From: an uncultured Candidatus Rokubacteria bacterium
GTDB lineage: Bacteria; Methylomirabilota; Methylomirabilia; Rokubacteriales; DASRDR01
DNA: 64,000 nt
Direction of reading: 5' to 3'
Assembly (NCBI GenBank): GCA_963805625.1
Contig: CAWDVE010000010.1
Location: 320,001-384,000, forward strand
Shown: in pieces, positions 51,617 through 62,571 of the stretch
How the letters are laid out: each line of letters starts with the position of its first letter
How positions within the stretch are numbered: the stretch's first letter is position 1
Translations under genes and position numbers: made by a program
The notes under the pieces: generated by a model
The model's database searches: none
The model's input: the letters and a program-made list of their open reading frames with translations, nothing else
What the model was told of the DNA's origin: nothing

Positions 51617-52879
51617 TCAGTGGGCCCGGTGCACGGGCCGACGCCGCTGTGGTCCCAGCACGAGGCCGGCCACTGCGGCGGAGCCGATGAGGACCACCGC
51701 GACGGCGGCGGCTCCCGTGCCGAATCCGCGCCACCCGGTCAGCCAGCCCACGATGGCCGGCGCCGCGACCATGCCGAGATCCGTGATGAAGCGGTAGATA
51801 GCCACTGCCCGGCTCCCGAAGCGACCGTGCAGGTGCTCGGCCAGGAGCGAGGCGGGGATCATCCAGACGGTCATCCCCACGATGACGAGAGTGCAGGCGA
51901 GGGTGTAGCCCGAGAGCCCCCCTGTGAGAGGCAGGAGGACCACCCCGGTCACGAGGACAGCGAGCCCAGGGAGCAGCACGCGAAGCCGCCCGAAGGTGTC
52001 GGCCGCCCAGCCCACGGGGATTAGCAGGATCGCCTCGACCACGTACCCGATCGCGAGCGCCCAGCCGATTGCAGCCGCATCGAGCCCGAGCGTCTGGCTC
52101 CCGTAGAGCGGCGCGAGGGTCACGATCGCCCCCGCCCAGCCGAACGCAAGGCCGAAGGCCACGAGGTAGATTGCGAAGAGCGAGCGAGGGACCGGAGGAG
52201 GCACCGACCCAGGCGCTGCGGCGGCCTCGACGGTCTCGGTCCGGACCCGGAACACGGTCGTGATGGTCGGGAAGACGCGCCAGGCCGCGGCCAGCCAGCC
52301 GGCGCCAACGGCGACGGCTGCCGCGCCGAATCCCCAGCGCCAGCCGGCGTGGACCGAGACCGTTCCGGCCAGATAGCCACTGACGGCGTTGGCGCTGATC
52401 AGGGCGCCCTCGTACATGTTGCCCCGGCGCGTCCGCTGGTTCGAGGGTCCCGCCTGCATGAGGTAGACGATGCCCACCAGCGCCGTCGACCCGTAGCCGA
52501 GCCCGACGAGTGCCCGGGCGAGCGCCATCGTGGCCAGGGAGGCCGCCGTGGCGGCGACCAGCGTTCCTATCAGGACGAGCGCCATGCCCGCGTGCATCAT
52601 CGCGGTCGGGCCGACTCGCTCGACGAGCATCCCGGCTGGCAGCGCTAGGAGCGACCGCGGCAGGCTGAAGGCGGTGCCGAGGAGTCCCGCGGCGGCGAGA
52701 CTCAGGTTGAGGGCTCCCACCACCTCGGGAAGGAGGGGCGGGAAGACGCCCTGGCCGAAGTTCAGTAGGAAGGATACGAAGAGGAACCAGCGGAGCGCGG
52801 CGGGCTCACCAGCGAATCGAGGGATCGGGCTCCTCCTGCCGCGACCGGGCGGCGACAGAGCCGCGCTCCGGGAGTGCAC
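51617..52879 (-). CDS. MFS transporter
   Basis: About 12 TM helices; motif A GMLVERVG and GWAADTFGR. Confidence 0.9.
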   Translation of the reverse strand: MHSRSAALSPPGRGRRSPIPRFAGEPAALRWFLFVSFLLNFGQGVFPPLLPEVVGALNLSLAAAGLLGTAFSLPRSLLALPAGMLVERVGPTAMMHAGMALVLIGTLVAATAASLATMALARALVGLGYGSTALVGIVYLMQAGPSNQRTRRGNMYEGALISANAVSGYLAGTVSVHAGWRWGFGAAAVAVGAGWLAAAWRVFPTITTVFRVRTETVEAAAAPGSVPPPVPRSLFAIYLVAFGLAFGWAGAIVTLAPLYGSQTLGLDAAAIGWALAIGYVVEAILLIPVGWAADTFGRLRVLLPGLAVLVTGVVLLPLTGGLSGYTLACTLVIVGMTVWMIPASLLAEHLHGRFGSRAVAIYRFITDLGMVAAPAIVGWLTGWRGFGTGAAAVAVVLIGSAAVAGLVLGPQRRRPVHRAH

Positions 52880-52979
52880 GCCCCGACCGGCGGACGGGGC
52901 GAGGCCTGGTCGAACATAGCACGGTCAGGGCGCGCTCCCGACACCGGCCGCCGGAGCTCCGGGGCAGGGCGCTCCGCCC

Positions 52980-53957
52980 TCAGGACGCGAGGAAGTCCTG
53001 GAAGTACTCCTCGACCGTGACCCGCCGGCTGGTCAGGCCCAGCCGGAACGCCTCGCCCGCGAACATCTCGATCTGCGCCCGGTTTCGCTCGAGTCCGTAT
53101 GGGTGGAAGTCCTCGCCCATGACGGCCGCCGTGCTCTCGAGCTCCGCCTCCAGCCACGGCGTGGCGTAGGGAAAGCCCTTCTGCGCGGCGGTGAAGGCGT
53201 CGTTCGCCGCGATGAATGCCGCGGTGAGACTCGGGGCGATCCACCGGTTGGCCTCCCACGCCTCGCGCCGGAGGACGATCAGGTGCTGCGGAGGGAACGC
53301 GCCCGTCTTGCGAAAGTACTCCTGCTCGAGGCCGCGGAAATCCGGAAAGAGGCGGGCGATGGGGCCGGTTTCCGGATGATAGGCCTGGGGCCGGGGCGGG
53401 CTGTAGATCGCCTCCAGCTCGCCGGCGACCAGCATGTCGGCGAGCGACCGACCCGGCGGCGGGGCCTTCACGCCGGGGGGCAGCGTCAGATCCATCGGTG
53501 CCGACCAGGGTGTATCGATGTCGCCGATCCACCATTGGATCGCCGCCGGGTCCAGGCCCAGGAAGCGCAGGAAGTGGCGGTACCAGATGGATCCGCTCGC
53601 GGTGTAGCTGTACATGCCGATGCGCCGGCCGGCGAGGTCCTCGGGCCGCCGGATCGGACCGTTCCGGCGGACGTAGAGGTCCCGTGCCGTGAAGTTACGC
53701 AGCGGAAAGATGGGCAGGCCGACGTAGCGGCGATCGCCCTTGTCCATGCGGTAGAGGTACTGGGCCATCGACCACTCGCCGCCCTGCACCTCCGGGTCCT
53801 GCACGGCGCGCCGCAGCATTTCGGCGCGCGCCGGCCACGATCCCCGGCTGCCCAGGATCATGGTGAGCGCGATGCCCTCCGGTGCCACCTCGCCAGTGGC
53901 AAGCGGAAGGACGCGGGCGTAGTCTGCGCACGTCAGGGAGACTCGAACGTCGGCCAT
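52980..53957 (-). CDS. 4,5-dihydroxyphthalate decarboxylase-like / type 2 periplasmic-binding-fold protein
   Basis: LTCADYAR..LATGEV, LPIFPLRNF, GEDFHPYGLERNR. Confidence 0.8.
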   Translation of the reverse strand: MADVRVSLTCADYARVLPLATGEVAPEGIALTMILGSRGSWPARAEMLRRAVQDPEVQGGEWSMAQYLYRMDKGDRRYVGLPIFPLRNFTARDLYVRRNGPIRRPEDLAGRRIGMYSYTASGSIWYRHFLRFLGLDPAAIQWWIGDIDTPWSAPMDLTLPPGVKAPPPGRSLADMLVAGELEAIYSPPRPQAYHPETGPIARLFPDFRGLEQEYFRKTGAFPPQHLIVLRREAWEANRWIAPSLTAAFIAANDAFTAAQKGFPYATPWLEAELESTAAVMGEDFHPYGLERNRAQIEMFAGEAFRLGLTSRRVTVEEYFQDFLAS

Positions 53958-54150
53958 CGTCAGCTCCTGGATTGCGCCGCGCCGAGCCTGTCTCGGCGGC
54001 GGCGCAGTGCGAGAGGCATAAGCTGGATCGCGTTGGTCCCGGCCGGAATAGAGCACCACTCGCGAAGCGCCGTCAAGTGCCGGGGCGGGGTTGGCCCAGG
54101 GGCCCCCGCGGCGGGTCGGAGAATAGCTCGAGGGGGGCTCCGAGCGGACG

Positions 54151-56043
<1,893 letters not shown>

Positions 56044-56108
56044 GCCGCCTCCAGGCGAGGGGAGCCGGGATCCGAGCCGGCCAGTCGGGCCGGCTCGGTG
56101 TTTCCTCT

Positions 56109-56591
56109 TCAGCGCGCTAGGTCGCCGACGATCAGCACCGGGCGTCCCGCGTGGGCCGCCACCGCGGTCGAGACCGAGCCGAGCAGCACGGTCCCGAGCC
56201 GGCCTCGACCGTGGGTGCCCACGACCACCAGGTCGTAGCCGCCCGCGCGGGCAGCCTCCACGATGGTCTCGGCCGGCTGGCCCGCCAGCCATTCCACCTC
56301 CGGCTCCGGACCGCCGGCGTTGAGCGCGACGCCCCGAGCCTTGTCCAGGGTGCGCTGTGCCTCGCCGAGCGCCTCCCCGAGGGCGCGCGAGTAGTTGGGC
56401 TCGCCGAGGGTGTCGGAAGGGGCGTGATACGCCGTCATGAGCGTGAGCTGTCCCGAGAGCGCGGCGGCGAGACGCGCGGCGACACGCACCGCGTCGAAGG
56501 CATGGTCGCTGCCGTCGACGGCCACGAGGATCCGTCTGAAGAGCGCTCGAGTCGTCTCGCCGGAACGATCGACGGGGCCTGGAGTCTCCAC
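56109..56591 (-). CDS. universal stress protein
   Basis: RILVAVDGS; DLVVVGTHGRG..LLGSVS. Confidence 0.92.
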   Translation of the reverse strand: METPGPVDRSGETTRALFRRILVAVDGSDHAFDAVRVAARLAAALSGQLTLMTAYHAPSDTLGEPNYSRALGEALGEAQRTLDKARGVALNAGGPEPEVEWLAGQPAETIVEAARAGGYDLVVVGTHGRGRLGTVLLGSVSTAVAAHAGRPVLIVGDLAR

Positions 56592-57025
56592 GATTTCCCT
56601 CCCCTCCCGCCGTCCTGTGGGCGGGTCACGGAATCTGAGCGTGCGGGTCCGGGCGCTCAGGAGCGAGACCCCGGCCGCCCGTGGCACCTCGGGAGTTACC
56701 CGTCGGGTCGGCCGCGCAGCGCAGGCTGGGACCCGGTCGGAGCGTGTCTCCCTCCATTGTGCTAGTCCCGGGGCGCGCGCGCACGCGGAGGGTCGGCCGG
56801 TGCCCGGAGCCGGGGCGGGTGCGACTTGGGGTCCGCAGTGCCGATGCATTAGGGTGACCTAAGTACCTGGCATGAACGCGACGGGGCCTGCCACGAGTCG
56901 AGGTGACCCTGGAGTCCCAGACCCGCGGACTCTTTCAGCGCGCCGCCGGGGTGGGTCCTGCCCGCGCGATGACGAACGAGCGCCTGGGACATGCGCACCG
57001 GCGCGTTCTCGGGCGAGAGCTTCGC

Positions 57026-57238
57026 TCACCAGCTGCTCTGAATCCGGATTCGCACTGTCTTCCCCTTGACAGGTGGTGGGTCTGCACCTACCATCGGCCC
57101 AGCAGGGCACAGGGAATAGTAAGGGCACGCCGGCTTCGCAGTCTTGCACCTCGGGCAATGCGCTCTGCATCGAGATCGGGGATCCACGGGACGCGAGATC
57201 TCCTCGAGCGGATCGTCGTCGATGAGGAGTACCCACAT
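57026..57238 (-). CDS. small Cys-rich hypothetical protein
   Basis: MWVLLIDDDP..CRAHCPRC..CPYYSLC; divergent from the bactofilin gene. Confidence 0.35.
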   Translation of the reverse strand: MWVLLIDDDPLEEISRPVDPRSRCRAHCPRCKTAKPACPYYSLCPAGPMVGADPPPVKGKTVRIRIQSSW

Positions 57239-57364
57239 CGACTGGATCGAGGCCCAGCGCCACAAGATCGCGGAGGTCGGCTATCAGCAATAGCAGATCT
57301 AGGCTGGACGCCGCCGGACGTGATGCCGAGTTTATCCTGGACGACCCGGAGGCGGGCTGTTTCC

Positions 57365-57393
57365 TTGACACTCCCACACGTCATCTGTAGAGT
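57365..57393 (+). promoter_or_regulatory. sigma70 promoter of the bactofilin operon
   Basis: TTGACA-N17-TAGAGT. Confidence 0.6.
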
Positions 57394-57428
57394 GACAGTG
57401 TCTCTATACGCGCACGCGGGAGGCGTTC

Positions 57429-57869
57429 GTGCTCAGGGGTCTACGAAGATTCTTCGGGTTCGACTCCGGTGAGGAGGACGAGCTCGAGCCAACCCTGACG
57501 CTCTCATCCGGCCCGCAGTCAGGTGCATTCAGGGTCGGAGAGAAGCTCTCCATCAAGGGAGAGATCGTCGGGGAAGGTGACCTTGAGCTCGCGGGGCGCT
57601 TTGAAGGGATTGTCAACGTGAATGGGCGTGTCATCGTGGGGGAGCGGGCCGAGGTAGATGCGGACATCAGTGCGTCCAACATCGTCGTCGCGGGCAAGGT
57701 TCGCGGCAACCTCAACGCGACCGGGCGGGTGGAGATTCTTCCGCAAGGGATCCTGACCGGGAACCTCAAGAGCGGGAGCTTCGCGGCGGCCGATGGCGCG
57801 CTCGTCAAGGGAGAGATTGTCGTGGATCGAGGCAGAGGACGGATCGAGGTCGCGGGAGGTCAGCCATGA
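57429..57869 (+). CDS. bactofilin (polymer-forming cytoskeletal protein)
   Basis: IKGEI..GDLELAGRFEG..VIVGERAEVDADI..GKVRGNL beta-helix pattern. Confidence 0.88.
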   Translation: MLRGLRRFFGFDSGEEDELEPTLTLSSGPQSGAFRVGEKLSIKGEIVGEGDLELAGRFEGIVNVNGRVIVGERAEVDADISASNIVVAGKVRGNLNATGRVEILPQGILTGNLKSGSFAAADGALVKGEIVVDRGRGRIEVAGGQP

Positions 57870-58645
57870 GGGTCGCGCTGGCGGTGTCGGTGGCGCTCCT
57901 GGCATGGGCTCCGGCTTGGGCCGGCGAGCTAATCTTCACGAACGGTAACCGGATGGTCGGGGAGCTCTCGAACGAAGCGCTCTTGGTGTCGACGGGCTCC
58001 GGGCTGGTGGAGATCGTCCCCGATGATGTGGTCATGCTCTCGCGGGAGGAGATCCGCTTGCGGGACGGGCGTGTGATCCGAGGGACGCTGGTCGGCGGCC
58101 AGGTCAAGGCCCGGACGTCCCTGGGCGAGATCGCCGTGAAGGTGGATGAGCTCCAGGCGTACCGGACGACGGGTGAGCGCGGTACCGGAGCTTCCCCGAC
58201 GGCCGCGTCTCAACCGGCGCCATCGTCTGGCACGCCGGCCGCTTCCACCTCGTCCTCGGCGACCCCGGGCCGGAGCGATACGGGTATCGTGGGCGGTCTG
58301 CCGACGGTGGGGGCGTACCAGGATCCGCAGAGCCATCGTCAGGACAACGGAGCATCCGCGACCGGCGCCCAGACGGCGGCCTTGCCGCCCGAGTCCCAGT
58401 CGATGTCCGGGGGGCGGATGTACGAGGTGGTCGGCGAGAGCATGCTATACCGGGACGCGCTCTTCAGCTCGTCACGCGTCGGCCGCGTGGTGACCGGGCA
58501 GCAAGTTAGGTATGTCGATTCGATCGACCGCCGTCTGCGGATTCTCAACCTCCTGGTGTTCGACGGCGGCCACTGGGTGAAGGTCCGTCTGCCAGACGGG
58601 ATCGAGGGCTGGGTTCCGGCCGACACCGTGCGCCAGGTGCGGTGA
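57866..58645 (+). CDS. secreted protein with C-terminal SH3-like domain
   Basis: Signal peptide AWA; WVKVRLPDGIEGWV. Confidence 0.7.
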   Translation: MRVALAVSVALLAWAPAWAGELIFTNGNRMVGELSNEALLVSTGSGLVEIVPDDVVMLSREEIRLRDGRVIRGTLVGGQVKARTSLGEIAVKVDELQAYRTTGERGTGASPTAASQPAPSSGTPAASTSSSATPGRSDTGIVGGLPTVGAYQDPQSHRQDNGASATGAQTAALPPESQSMSGGRMYEVVGESMLYRDALFSSSRVGRVVTGQQVRYVDSIDRRLRILNLLVFDGGHWVKVRLPDGIEGWVPADTVRQVR

Positions 58646-59286
58646 GCGGAATCCGAGCCTGGCTCGCGGCGCTCCCCGCGGGGATTCGCTGGACCCTTCT
58701 CGCCGTCGGCGGCCTGTTCGTCCTTGCCCTAGTCGCGGGCGGGGTCTGGAGCTGGGTCGGGCACCAAAAGGAAGCCGCCCAGCGCGCCCTCGGCCCGGCC
58801 CTCGCGACGGCTCAGCGAGCCGTGGGGTCAAGCCAGCCCGCAGACCTCGAAGCGGCGGCGGCGGCCCTCCGGCAGTTCCTCACGAGCCATTCCAGCGACC
58901 AGGCTAGCCACCAGGCCTGGTACTTTCTGGGACAGGTCGAGTTCCGGCGGAGCCAGTGGGACGCTGCGATAGCGGCCTTCGCGGAAGCATCCCGCCGGGA
59001 TCGCGGCAGCATCGGGGCGCTGAGCCGCCTCGGACAGGGCTACGCGTACGAGGCCAAGGGAGACGCGGCCCGCGCCCTCGACGTGTACCAGCAGGCCCTG
59101 GGCGGGCTGAGCCCAAAGGACTTCCTGTACGGAGACTTCCTGCTCGCCAAGGCGCGCGCCCAGGAGCTCGCCAAGGATGCGACCGGCGCTGTCGCCACCT
59201 ACAAGCAGTACTTGAAGGACCTTCCTTCGGCTGACCGGGTCCAGGACGTTCGCATTCGTCTGGCGCTCCTTGGTAGCGCCGGCTGA
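58642..59286 (+). CDS. membrane-anchored TPR protein (YfgM-like)
   Basis: TM helix followed by TPR repeats. Confidence 0.8.
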   Translation: MSGIRAWLAALPAGIRWTLLAVGGLFVLALVAGGVWSWVGHQKEAAQRALGPALATAQRAVGSSQPADLEAAAAALRQFLTSHSSDQASHQAWYFLGQVEFRRSQWDAAIAAFAEASRRDRGSIGALSRLGQGYAYEAKGDAARALDVYQQALGGLSPKDFLYGDFLLAKARAQELAKDATGAVATYKQYLKDLPSADRVQDVRIRLALLGSAG

Positions 59287-59513
59287 GACCCTTCCTGACC
59301 GAAAGCGAGCCGGGCCGTTCGGCCGGGTGACGCGTTGGGCCGGTCGAGTTCCGGGAGATCCAGGCGGGGTGGGCCCGCTGTAGTGGCGGGCATTCGGCTA
59401 GACGACAGAATCCCTCTTATCGGACATTACCGAAGGGGCCGCAGGCGCCAGGTCAGGCACCCCTGGTCGGCCTGGAGAGGTAGCAGTAGAACGGTCAATC
59501 GGACTGTGGCGGG

Positions 59514-60347
59514 TCAGCCCGGAATCTGAGCCTCTTCTGGCAGGGTCTCCCGGGCAGGCTTCCAGTCCGGCAGGCGCCATCCCAGGGCCCGAACCAGAGC
59601 GCCGACCTCGTCGGAGAAGGTGCGGCGCACCTCGTCATTGTCACGCCGCTTGAGTCCGAGCTCCTGGTAGAGGCGATTCTTGGAGCTACCGGGACGCCCG
59701 AAGATGTTCATGGTGCGGACGTACCACTTCTGGAACGTCCGTTCGGCGTCGTCCCGGGTGGCGCCGTCCTCGGCGAGCCGCTTGATCCAGAGCTCGCCGT
59801 GGCGGATGTGCATCCGCTCCTCCTTGAAGATCCCCTCCACGCCGCGCCGCCAGGGACCGTAGGACGAGTGCCGCACGTCCTCGAGCTGGTGCCCTGCCCC
59901 GCGGTCCATGCAGAAGTTGAACATCACGAAGTCCGCCCAGGTGTCGATTGGATAGTAGAAGATGTTGACGCGCTTGTCCGAGGCGACGCGGGCCGTCCCG
60001 ATGTCGGCCTCCGAGTCGTCGAGTCGGCGCGCGAAGCTCTGGTCGTGGGTTCCCACGTGGGTGCCGACGTCCACGCCGAGCTCTTCGAGGAGATCGTACA
60101 TCACCTTGGCGTGGCGAGTCTCATCCTTCACGATCTGGGCGACGACGAGCTTCTCCTCGACGCCTGGCGCCTTCATGATCCAGGGCACGTAGCCGTAGGC
60201 GCCGGCGAGCTCGGAGTCGGCCTGCATGGTCATGAGGTGAACCAGGTTGTCGCGGTAGGTCGCGCTCATCTCGTCGTGCGCTTCGATGCGCTCGCCTCGC
60301 GCGATCCGGGCGAGCAGGCGCTCGTGGCGTGCGCGTTCGTCGGTCAT
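59514..60347 (-). CDS. PaaA/PaaC-family diiron protein (phenylacetyl-CoA epoxidase-like)
   Basis: QADSELAG, KDETRH, SSYGPW, KEERMH (two ExxH motifs). Confidence 0.85.
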   Translation of the reverse strand: MTDERARHERLLARIARGERIEAHDEMSATYRDNLVHLMTMQADSELAGAYGYVPWIMKAPGVEEKLVVAQIVKDETRHAKVMYDLLEELGVDVGTHVGTHDQSFARRLDDSEADIGTARVASDKRVNIFYYPIDTWADFVMFNFCMDRGAGHQLEDVRHSSYGPWRRGVEGIFKEERMHIRHGELWIKRLAEDGATRDDAERTFQKWYVRTMNIFGRPGSSKNRLYQELGLKRRDNDEVRRTFSDEVGALVRALGWRLPDWKPARETLPEEAQIPG

Positions 60348-60757
60348 GGCTCCCTCCCTCGACGGCCGTCGGCCGGTCCTGGAAGGCGCCGGCGCTCGGG
60401 CACAGGGTAGCACTGCTCCACGGGGGTCTGCCGCGCGAAGCCCAGTGCCTCGCGCTGAATGATCAGGTGATGGCGCACGCGGGCCGCCTCGTCTCGCAGA
60501 CGGTTACGGTTCCGGATCGCGATCTCGAAGCGCACCAGGTCCGCCTCCGCGGGGTCCCTCCCCGTCTCTGCCATCTCGTCCAGGCGACGGTCCAGCGCGG
60601 CCAGCTGATCGAGAATCCGCTGGAGCCGCTCTCCCGTTCGGCCCAAGGCCTCCGCCTGGGCCTGCCTGATGTCGCGCTCGGTGCTCCCCAGTCGCTCGGC
60701 GCGGGTCCGGTTGCGGTCGCCGGCGGCGCGGGCGACGTCGTCTCGCCTCAGCTCCAC
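60344..60757 (-). CDS. hypothetical coiled-coil protein
   Basis: AEALGRTGERL..LIIQREALGF..VEQCYPVP; translationally coupled. Confidence 0.7.
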   Translation of the reverse strand: MELRRDDVARAAGDRNRTRAERLGSTERDIRQAQAEALGRTGERLQRILDQLAALDRRLDEMAETGRDPAEADLVRFEIAIRNRNRLRDEAARVRHHLIIQREALGFARQTPVEQCYPVPERRRLPGPADGRRGREP

Positions 60758-61962
60758 GTCGGTTCTCCCCTGACACGCCGATACGCGGCCACCAGCCGCT
60801 CTGCCAGCGCCGTCGACCCGAACAGAGAGGCGGCTTCCCGGCCGCCGACCCCGAGCTTCGTCCGCAGGTGGTCGTCGGCCAGGATCTGATCGACGGCCCC
60901 CGCGAGGGCGACGGCGTCTTCGGGCACGAGGAGACCCGACACGCCATCGGTCACGATCTCCTCGATGCCGCTCGCCCGGACTGCCACGACCGGGAGCCCG
61001 CAGGCCATCGCCTCGAGGACGGCCAGTCCCTGCGTCTCGCTGGTCGACGCGAAGACGAAGGCGTCCGCCGCGTGATAGTACGCGGGCAGGCCGGCGGGCG
61101 GCGAGCCGCCCCGGAGCTCGACCCGACTCCCCAGACCCGTCTCTGCCGCTGCACGGCGCAGTGCGGCCGCCTGCGTTCCCCTTCCCACGAGGAGCAGTCG
61201 GATCCGCGAGGCCTTGACCCGCGCCACCGCGTCCAGGAGGAACTCGAGGTTCTTCTCGCGGTCCAGGCGGCCCACGTAGAGGAGCACGCGGTCGTCGTTA
61301 TCGAGCCCAAGGGCCCGACGGGCGGAGGCGCGATCGCCGGGCCGGAGGCGGTCGAGATCCACTCCCGTCGGCAGCACCTCGATCGGTCGTCGCACGCCCA
61401 GCGTCCGGAGACGCCGCGCGACGAAGTCGGACGGGGCGATGACCAGATCCGCGGTGCCGGCGAACCTCGCGCTCCACCGGATGGCTCGTCGCGCGACCAT
61501 CTCGTGTGGCAGCGGCACGTAGTGGGTGTACCGCTCGTAGAGCGTGTGGTACGTGAAGACGAAGGGCCGGCCGGCCGCCCGGGCCAGGCGCCGGGCCGAG
61601 ACGCCCAGGAGGAACGGGTGGTGAGCGTGAAACACATCGAGGTCGAGAGCGCGCAGGCGGCGCGTGAGCGCCGGGCCGAGCGGCATCGGGAGCGCGAAGT
61701 CGGGGTACGTGGGCGCCGGCACGGCCGGCACGCGGATGACGCCGCGCTCGCCCTCCGCCGCCCCTGCCATCCGGGGAGCGACGATCACCACCTCGTGACC
61801 GAGCGCCTCGAGGTCCTGGCGGATCGTCTCGACGGCCGTGGGCACGCCGCCGAGCATCGGGAAGTAGTTGTTCGTGAAAAGGCCGACTCGGAGGCGTACG
61901 GCCGCAGAGCCGGTTACATCTTGTTTCTGCCGAAATCCTCCGGCTTCAGGTTCTCGAGCCAC
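60748..61962 (-). CDS. glycosyltransferase family 4 (start uncertain)
   Basis: FTNNYFPMLGGV, HAHHPF, YVGRLDREKN, ETQGLAVLEAMACG. Confidence 0.9.
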   Translation of the reverse strand: MAREPEAGGFRQKQDVTGSAAVRLRVGLFTNNYFPMLGGVPTAVETIRQDLEALGHEVVIVAPRMAGAAEGERGVIRVPAVPAPTYPDFALPMPLGPALTRRLRALDLDVFHAHHPFLLGVSARRLARAAGRPFVFTYHTLYERYTHYVPLPHEMVARRAIRWSARFAGTADLVIAPSDFVARRLRTLGVRRPIEVLPTGVDLDRLRPGDRASARRALGLDNDDRVLLYVGRLDREKNLEFLLDAVARVKASRIRLLLVGRGTQAAALRRAAAETGLGSRVELRGGSPPAGLPAYYHAADAFVFASTSETQGLAVLEAMACGLPVVAVRASGIEEIVTDGVSGLLVPEDAVALAGAVDQILADDHLRTKLGVGGREAASLFGSTALAERLVAAYRRVRGEPTWS

Positions 61963-62402
61963 TCTTTCAGCTTCTCCTGATCGTCGGCTTCCTTCGGCGC
62001 GGTCTCAACGGTCTTGGCGCGGCGCACAACGTCGTCGTCGACGAAGATCGGAGCGCCGGCGCGGAGAGCGAGCGCGATGGCATCGGAGGGTCGCGAATCG
62101 ACCGTGACCTCTTCCTCGCCCATCCGCAGGTGGATCAGCGCGAAGAACGTGTTCTCGCGGAGATCGTTCACGACGATCTTCTCGACCTTCGCGTCGACCG
62201 CCTCCAGGACGTTCTTGATGAGGTCATGGGTCATCGGCCGCGGGGTCGCGATCTTCTCGAGCTCGAGAGCGATCGCGTTGGCCTCGAAGATGCCAACCCA
62301 GATGGGGAGCGAGCGCTTCTCCTCCTCGTCACGGAGGATGATGATGGGCATGTTGGATACGGGATCCAGGGCGAGCCCCCGGACCTTCATCTCGACCCAC
62401 AT
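61914..62402 (-). CDS. bifunctional nuclease (DUF151)
   Basis: LPIWVGIFEANAI, PRPMTHDL, DSRPSDAIALA. Confidence 0.93.
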   Translation of the reverse strand: MWVEMKVRGLALDPVSNMPIIILRDEEEKRSLPIWVGIFEANAIALELEKIATPRPMTHDLIKNVLEAVDAKVEKIVVNDLRENTFFALIHLRMGEEEVTVDSRPSDAIALALRAGAPIFVDDDVVRRAKTVETAPKEADDQEKLKEWLENLKPEDFGRNKM

Positions 62403-62571
62403 CGAAGCGGCCTCCCTGCGGTGCGTCGGGATTCGGGTTTCACGGTAGCATCGGCCTCCGGGGTTGTCAAACGAGCTGCCGTATCCACGGTACGCGAAGA
62501 CGGCACGTGCCCGACGAGCGCGCTCGCCAGGCACGTGCGCGACCGGTGTTGGCGCTCTTCGCCCCCTCTGC

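Noticed and set aside
59290-59510. SRP-like RNA between convergent genes
   Set aside because: Lacks the conserved SRP domain IV GGAA-loop/GCAGC motif; hairpins only.
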